A stretch of DNA of 42,369 bases, taken from positions 1 through 42,369 of the forward strand of contig JAUVYC010000001.1 in assembly GCA_030603285.1 (NCBI GenBank). The letters run 5' to 3'. The DNA comes from Spirochaetota bacterium (GTDB lineage Bacteria; Spirochaetota; B62-G9; DRHN01). A program made the translations under genes and the position numbers. The notes under the pieces are model-generated. The model ran no database searches. It was given only the letters and a program-made list of their open reading frames with translations, and was not told where the DNA came from. Position 1 is the stretch's first letter. Each line of letters starts with the position of its first letter. Of the stretch, positions 36,352-42,369 are shown in pieces.

Positions 36352-37233
36352 TTACTTTTCTCTGAATAGAAAAATATCAGGTCCCCTGTATCCTTCTTTA
36401 TCTGCAACAATATCCAGCACTAAGGTAGATAAATTCTCAACAAACAAGTTCACACCACTGTCAATCTTCCGGCAATCTATGGTCTTAATGTATCTCTTGC
36501 ATTTTTCGCATACATCTATTCTATGTGCCTGTTCATTTTCTACAAAGAAGTATCGCAAAGATTCCTGATCATTATTTTCACAGAAAGGGCAGACCAGCCT
36601 TTTAAACAACCATTCCGAATGGCATAACGAGCAAAACAGCCATCTTCTGCCAGTTTCTTCTTCTAACCGGACTACCAGAGGCTCTTTACCGCACACAGGG
36701 CAATTTCCTCTAAGCCAGTTGCTTGTGTCAACAAATTCCCCAAGCTTTTCCCCATACTTTGAAATAAAAGGAGAAAAGGCATGATTAATAAGAAAATAAA
36801 ATACAGGATAATCAATCTTCAGGTCACAGGCTAACCTTTCAAGGATAATTCCATCCTCCACAAGGCCTTTAATAAGCACCTTTTGTTGGTCAGCCAGAGA
36901 GGAGCTGTCAAAGTACGCAGGCACTGCTTCACCCCTCTGATTGCGTATAATCCGGTAAATATCTTCCAATATTTTATTAACCAGATCCTGGTCTATTTCA
37001 ATATCTTCTGCCCTCAGCAAAGGCAGCCCTTCTGAATTTCTACTGCTGCAAAGATCTTTGTTAAAAATACTCAGATCAGGTTTGAATAACACTTTAACAT
37101 GCTGTTGGGCCTTTATAGTAGATTCATAGAATTTCAGTATCTCATTTAATTCCGATTTTATGGCTTTTAACCCAGCAATCTGATCAAGGGCTGTGTTATA
37201 AAATTCTTCTCCCATCTTCTCCAATAAAAGCAC
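36352..37233 (-). CDS. fdhE: Formate dehydrogenase accessory protein FdhE
   Basis: 293-aa ORF with the four CxxC pairs of FdhE: CPVCG, CSLCHSEW, CPFCEN and CEKCKRYIK. Confidence 0.85.
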   Translation of the reverse strand: MLLLEKMGEEFYNTALDQIAGLKAIKSELNEILKFYESTIKAQQHVKVLFKPDLSIFNKDLCSSRNSEGLPLLRAEDIEIDQDLVNKILEDIYRIIRNQRGEAVPAYFDSSSLADQQKVLIKGLVEDGIILERLACDLKIDYPVFYFLINHAFSPFISKYGEKLGEFVDTSNWLRGNCPVCGKEPLVVRLEEETGRRWLFCSLCHSEWLFKRLVCPFCENNDQESLRYFFVENEQAHRIDVCEKCKRYIKTIDCRKIDSGVNLFVENLSTLVLDIVADKEGYRGPDIFLFREK

Positions 37234-37296
37234 TCCATCTATTTTGCTAAATCACAGCGATTTTTTACGAGTAATGGCTCACCACCAGATCATCTC

Positions 37297-38187
37297 TTAT
37301 ATCTGCCCACCGATCAGGATTATATATCTCAGATAAAAGCCGCCTAAGAGTACCATGGTAGAAACAACCAGAGAGGTGTGAGGACTTTTGGCCCCTCCCT
37401 TGAACCCAATGATAAGAGGTACAACTAAACCAAGGAAAATAACACCAACCCACCATAGAAGTCCAAATGCAGAACCTATAATCGCCCTCATTGAAGCAGA
37501 ACCGATTCCAAAAACAATGAAAAGGATAACCATTATAAGCTGAACCACAATTACCCGGCTGTTTAATATCTCCAGTTTTGGAACATCAGAGCCAATCTCA
37601 CTCTCTGGGTTGCAAATCTGTAAACCTGCCAGTATAAACACTATCGCTGCTATCCCGGCTACGATAGCTGAAGAAACAAAAACAACAGGAAGCAGCCAAT
37701 TGTTCCAGACAACATTATTGGATGCAGCTATCAACACTCCGGTATAAGTTGTAACCAGCAATGCGAAAGGAACTCCAACAACTCCTACGACTTTCTGAAA
37801 TATTTCAGCCCATTTGAATGGATAGGCGAGAAGAGCAACTATCAGATATACAAACGATAGAATAATAAACACAACCACCAGCCATATTCCTATTGACATG
37901 GTTGATCCAATTTTAAACATAATAAACGGAGATTCAAGATGATTCAGTTCCTGCGCCCGCTTTAAAATCATCTCCCAGAAACGCCCCGGCCGACCCAGGT
38001 CAATAATTAAAAGAACCACACCTAAAATCACAGGCCATGGTGCAATAAGGGCACCGGCTGTACTTATTCTCCGGTATTTTCTGCCTCCTGCCAGGTTAGC
38101 GACTACAGCAACCATAAAGATCGCAGCGCCTAAACCTGCTGTAAATAAATCTATAGCTACGGGTGCGCCCCAAACATAATGTTCCAT
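37297..38187 (-). CDS. NrfD/PsrC-like integral membrane quinone-interacting subunit of the periplasmic formate dehydrogenase
   Basis: 296-aa ORF with about 8 hydrophobic helices. N-terminus WGAPVAIDLFTAGLGAG-like (WGAPVAIDLFTAGLGAA) is typical of NrfD. It starts 2 nt after the Fe-S subunit stop. Confidence 0.75.
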   Translation of the reverse strand: MEHYVWGAPVAIDLFTAGLGAAIFMVAVVANLAGGRKYRRISTAGALIAPWPVILGVVLLIIDLGRPGRFWEMILKRAQELNHLESPFIMFKIGSTMSIGIWLVVVFIILSFVYLIVALLAYPFKWAEIFQKVVGVVGVPFALLVTTYTGVLIAASNNVVWNNWLLPVVFVSSAIVAGIAAIVFILAGLQICNPESEIGSDVPKLEILNSRVIVVQLIMVILFIVFGIGSASMRAIIGSAFGLLWWVGVIFLGLVVPLIIGFKGGAKSPHTSLVVSTMVLLGGFYLRYIILIGGQI

Positions 38188-38189
38188 AT

Positions 38190-38966
38190 TTATTCACCTC
38201 CTGTCTTAGCTTCGGATTTTGACCTTTCTTTTAACAAATAACTACCTATGCCGGCAAGAATGGCCAAACCTGGTATCACGCCCATCAGCCACCTCCAGAT
38301 AATCTTTTCTGTTGGTTTTCTTGGATTCTCAGGCAGTCCATATATCGAAGCATTTTCTGGCAAAAGGTACATCGCATGCTGACCCCCAAGCTCTTTCTCA
38401 CCGTAAATACGTGGAGCAAAACCCTGATTTGTAAGAATCTGCTGTCTTTCCCTTGCAATCCTCAGCATTTCTGCTCTTGAGCCAAACCGGATAGCCCCTG
38501 TAGGACAGACCGTAGCGCAGGCCGGCTTCAGTCCATTTTTCACTCTATCCAGGCACAACCAGCATTTTCTGACAGTCCCGCTGTGATGATCAAACTTCGG
38601 AATATGGAATGGACATGTTTCAACACAAGCCTTACACCCTGCACAAATACCCTGGTTGATATAGACTATTCCATTCTCTAATTTATTAATTGCCCCGGTA
38701 GGACAGACCTGCGCACAGACAGCATCGGTACAGTGGAGACACTGCTGTTTACGGAATAACCACCTTGGATTGTCATCATAATCAACAGGTTCAATAAACT
38801 GAATGAGCGTCCACGTCTCCGGAGAAAGCTGTGGTGGATTCTGGTAAGTGCCTGTAAATCGAGTCTTTTCTGCCTTGTGTTGATTCCACTGCTTACAGGC
38901 TACCTGGCATCCTCTGCACCCCATACACCTTGATACATCAATCAACATTGATAACTCTGCTGTCAT
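38190..38966 (-). CDS. Formate dehydrogenase iron-sulfur (beta) subunit, FdnH/HybA-like with C-terminal TM anchor
   Basis: 258-aa ORF. Four ferredoxin-type Cys clusters (CMGCRGCQVAC, CLHCTDAVCAQVCP, CAGCKACVETCP, CWLC...CATVCP) and C-terminal helix GVIPGLAILAGIGSYLL. The start abuts the fdnG stop. Confidence 0.85.
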   Translation of the reverse strand: MTAELSMLIDVSRCMGCRGCQVACKQWNQHKAEKTRFTGTYQNPPQLSPETWTLIQFIEPVDYDDNPRWLFRKQQCLHCTDAVCAQVCPTGAINKLENGIVYINQGICAGCKACVETCPFHIPKFDHHSGTVRKCWLCLDRVKNGLKPACATVCPTGAIRFGSRAEMLRIARERQQILTNQGFAPRIYGEKELGGQHAMYLLPENASIYGLPENPRKPTEKIIWRWLMGVIPGLAILAGIGSYLLKERSKSEAKTGGE

Positions 38967-41900
38967 TTAGACCACCTCCTTCTTATTAACATTGCACAGG
39001 AAAGCCTTATACTCCGGAATCATGGTATTGGCATCTCCGACATGAGGTGTCAAACAGTTTGCGCTGGAACCTCTGGCCAGACCTGTATAACCCCAGTGCC
39101 ATGGAATGCCAATCTGGTGTACTGATTTTCCGTTCAGTTTGAATGGCTTAAACCGTGGAGTAACGCATGCAATACCTTCCAAAGTACCGCGAGCTGTTGT
39201 CACTATTATTTTGTTACCGTTTTTGATCCCCTTCTCAGCAGCAAGTTCAACGCTCATCTCCACAAATACATCCGGCATAAGCTCCACCAACCATGGGAGA
39301 TTACGCGTCATTGCGCCTGCCTGCCAGTGTTCTGTTACACGATATGTGGTGCCTACAATCGGAAATTCATCAGGCGTCCCGATTTTATTATTCTCGGGCC
39401 TTACCTCATGCCATAGTTTTATCGCCGGGTTGATCCTTGTTGCATGTCCCATCGGATTTTTAGTCAGAGGACTTTCAAGCGGTTCGTAATGTTCCGGCAA
39501 TGGACCATCTACCCTCCCCATCCCAAAGATCCTCGCGTGACCCTCGGGCTTCATAATAAAGGGATACTTTGCATCATCCCGCAAAGTTCCATCCGGATTC
39601 ATTAGCGGGTACCATCCGCCGTCCGGGACATCACCAATCCACTTCCTCGATATATACTTTCCATCCGATGCCCCACCCTTGAATACAATTACAGGATGTT
39701 TCTTGTCCCAGGGCCGGCCTTTCATGTCAACAGACGCCCGGTTGTATATTATCCGCCGGTTAACAGGCCAGCACCATGCCCATTCAGGGTATAACCCAAT
39801 ATTGGTCGGGTCTAATCCATTACGGCGCGTCGCCATATTGCCAGCCTCTGTATAAGAAGCGCAATACAGCCAGTTGCCGGAAGAGGTTGTCCCATCCGCT
39901 TTCAGTATTCCGAAGCTCGGTAAGAGTTTCCCGGTATTAAGATCATACCCATTTATCTCCTTAGCAACTGCATGCACATCCGGTTCGTCGCCTGTACCAT
40001 AATCCCATGCCATATCAAGAATAGCTCCGGCAATCGGACCACCCTGATTCTTATATCGTGCACTTACAGCTTTAAAGAGCCTGTCCAGTATCCACAGGTC
40101 AGATTTAGCTCTGCCTGGAGGATGAACCGCAGTGTAACGCCACTGACTCCAGCGTCCTGAGTTGGTTATACTCCCCTCCTTCTCCATGGACGCGGCCGCA
40201 GGTAAAAGGAAGACCTCGGTTTTTATAGAAGCAGGGTCAACCGTGTCGTCGAGGTCATCTCCTTTGGGACGACGCCAGAAGTTAGCAGTATCAGTTTCCC
40301 AGAGATCTGCACATACAAGCCAGTCTAATTTCTCCAGCGCCTTACGTTCTTTCTGAGCATTAGGCCCGCCTACTGCGGGATTCTGACCCAAACAGATCAT
40401 ACCTTTTATATCACCATCATACATAGTCTCAAACAGGGAGATATGGGAGTAGTCCTTACCCACCTCTCGTTTGGGCAGATATCCAAAGGCAAAATCATTT
40501 TCCGGCGTTGCTTTATCGCCGTACCATGATTTCAGAAGACTAACGATGTATTTTCTTGCATTTCCCCACCAGTCAGCGCTCCTCGGGTCTTTATTTTTGC
40601 CCTCATATTTAATTCTAGAATATGTATCAACAGATACATCATCTTCCTCAGGGCACTTAAGATACCCCGGCAGATAATGAAATAGTATGGCATGGTCTGT
40701 CGAACCCTGAACATTAGACTCACCACGCAAAGCATTAATTCCTCCGCCAGCCACCCCCATATTAGCCAGCAGCAGCTGAAGGATAGCATACCCGCGGATG
40801 TTTTGCGTTCCATAGGTGTGCTGTGTAGTACCCATCGCATACATGATCGTCCCGGCCTTGCCTCTCTTTCCGGATTCCGCAAAGGTCCTGCATACCTCAT
40901 TATACACATCAGCAGGTGTACCGGTGATGTTACAGACTGTTTGCGCATCGTAACGTGAAACATGCTTTTTAAGAAGCTGGAATACACAGTCCGGATGACT
41001 GAGTGTCTTGTCCTTTTTGTGAATCCCGTCGCTATCAAGCTGGTAACTCCAGGTTCCTTTACTGTACGAGCGTTTTTTAGGGTTGTACCCGCTGAATACA
41101 CCATTCATATCAGCCGGCAGCTTAAAAGCGGGATCGATAAGAAACGAGGCGTTGGTGTACTCGCGCACATACTCCATATTATAGCTCTGTGGGTTTTTCT
41201 CCATATCGTCCAGGACATACTTTATCATACCGTTAATAAACGCAATGTCTGTCCCTGAACGCAGTGGCGCATAAATATGGGCCTTTGAAGAAGTCCGTGT
41301 AAACCGCGGGTCAACACTTATAAGTTTTGCCCCTTGTTCAATTGCTTTTGTTACCCATTTGAAAGATATGGGATGGTTTTCTGCGGCATTACTGCCAATA
41401 ATCATTATTCTGTCCGCGTTGCGAATATCGATCCAGTGATTTGTCATTGCACCCCGCCCAAATGTCTCGGCCAAACTGGCCACAGTGGCGGAGTGTCATA
41501 TGCGGGCCTGGTGCTCTAAGTAAACTACACCCAGGGCACGTGCAAACTTGCTGTACAGGTAACATTCCTCATTATCAAGAGCAGCGCCTCCGATCGCAGC
41601 TATATTGTCAATACGATTGGTCTTTCTGCCATCAGACAGTTCTGCATCACGTGTTTCTTTGATCCTGCTGGAAATACGTTCAATTGCCCAATTCCAGGAC
41701 TTTTCCTCCCAGTCGCTGCCCCCTGGCGCACGGTATTTAACCTTGTCAAGACGACGTTCATTATTAGCTACCTGATATAAAGCTGATCCTTTGCTGCACA
41801 GAGAGCCCTGGTTAATGGGATGATCAGGGTCCCCTTCAATATTGATAACCTTGCCGTTACTCACAGAAACAATCTGTCCGCATCCGACAGCACAATAAGG

Positions 41901-42047
41901 GCATATAGTAGTTGTTTGTTTTGCATATCGTATTCGCAGTTGTAGATCTTGTGCCCTGGCTGTAAGCGGCTTCAGATTAAACAAGCCCGTAGCTATTAAA
42001 GCTGTAACTCCTGAAAGCTTTAAAAAATCTCTTCTTGTTAAATCCAT
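38967..42047 (-). CDS. fdnG: Selenocysteine-containing, Tat-exported formate dehydrogenase catalytic subunit (FdnG-like); UGA at 41496..41498 decoded as Sec
   Basis: Track ORFs 41496..42047 and 38967..41483 are in the same frame, separated only by TGA. The junction reads VYLEHQARI-U-HSATVASLAETFGRGAMTNHW, the conserved Sec active-site context of FdnG/FdoG-type enzymes. Twin-arginine signal MDLTRRDFLKLSGVTALIA...ARA. N-terminal cluster motif CPYCAVGCG. The joined product is 1026 aa. Confidence 0.9.
41450..41495 (-). promoter_or_regulatory. SECIS-like mRNA stem-loop immediately 3' of the fdnG UGA
   Basis: The mRNA after UGA reads CACUCCGCC-AC-UGU-GGCC-AGUUU-GGCC-GAG-ACA-UUUG-GGCGGGGUG. Lower stem is 9 bp (one G-U). 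Upper stem is UGU/ACA plus GGCC/GGCC with apical loop AGUUU starting 18 nt after the UGA. Confidence 0.6.
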
Positions 42048-42074
42048 TCCTTTACGAACCCCCCTTCCCTTTAT

Positions 42075-42369
42075 TTAAAAAATTCCTTCCGGCAGCTCTT
42101 GAATCTGTTTATAGCTAAATACCGGACCATCCTTACAAATATATTTGCTGCCAATATTACATCGACCGCACTTGCCAACCCCGCAGCTCATCCGCCTCTC
42201 AAGAGAGGTTATAATTCTTTCATCGCTGAACCCCAGGTCCAAAAGAGGCAGCATGGTAAACTTCAACATTATTGGCGGGCCGCAGACAAGCACAAAAGCG
42301 TTCTCTGAGCTTGGTGCTACTTCCTTCAGAATCGTTGGCACAAATCCCTCCCGGCCCTTCCAGTTATCA
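42075..42369 (-). CDS. C-terminal part of a PyrK/AsrB/hydrogenase-gamma-like FAD/NAD(P)-binding [2Fe-2S] oxidoreductase subunit (5' end outside window)
   Basis: The reading frame is open to the window edge (DNWKGREGFVPTILKEV...). It has VLVCGPPIM and the C-terminal cluster motif CGVGKCGRCNIG...ICKDGPVF. The stop is 27 nt upstream of the fdnG start. Confidence 0.7.
   Translation of the reverse strand, partial: DNWKGREGFVPTILKEVAPSSENAFVLVCGPPIMLKFTMLPLLDLGFSDERIITSLERRMSCGVGKCGRCNIGSKYICKDGPVFSYKQIQELPEGIF

Noticed and set aside
39106-41258. Several 60-190-aa ORFs in other frames or strands inside fdnG (for example 40532..41104, 39106..39489, 40962..41258)
   Set aside because: They are embedded in a strongly supported 1026-aa FdnG reading frame and show no motifs. 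They are shadow ORFs of a relatively GC-rich gene.
1-42369. Search for mobile elements, integrases next to tRNA-Val/tRNA-Sec, toxin-antitoxin pairs or known defence systems
   Set aside because: No ORF shows transposase/integrase/recombinase, nuclease-helicase, or TA-like features. I saw no direct repeats of the tRNA 3' ends.

Overview
Densely coding, AT-rich bacterial chromosomal window. By eye many genes are about 30-40% GC and the conserved redox enzymes about 50%. I saw no transposase, integrase, phage, CRISPR or recognisable defence genes. Layout: (i) 0.2-12 kb holds housekeeping genes: VanY-type peptidase, pgi, tRNA-Val(CAC), a small FtsX/ABC pair, DUF167, mtnP, lspA, rluD-like, thrC, nadB and htrA. 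(ii) 12.3-21.9 kb is one plus-strand redox operon: nfnA, nfnB, an orphan ORF, nuoE-like, a nuoF::gltD fusion and fdhA (cytoplasmic, Cys-type formate dehydrogenase). (iii) 22.2-24.0 kb holds a menA-like prenyltransferase and a polyprenyl diphosphate synthase. (iv) 24.3-42.0 kb is a compact selenium island. tRNA-Sec and selA lie on the plus strand. The minus strand carries yedF-yedE-cysteine desulfurase-DUF3343, selD, selB, two radical-SAM genes (one B12-binding, one SPASM/twitch-like) that appear co-transcribed with selB, mobA and fdhE. It also carries a Tat-exported membrane-bound formate dehydrogenase: FdnG-like with an in-frame UGA (selenocysteine) and a SECIS-like hairpin, FdnH-like, and NrfD-like. 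Best candidates for something undescribed: the radical-SAM pair wedged between the Sec-FDH maturation genes and selB; a very low-GC orphan gene translationally coupled inside the nfnAB/FDH operon; palindromic repeat elements, one sitting in frame inside a predicted ORF; and long structured non-coding gaps in front of selD and yedFE. All calls come from reading motifs by eye; no database search was possible.
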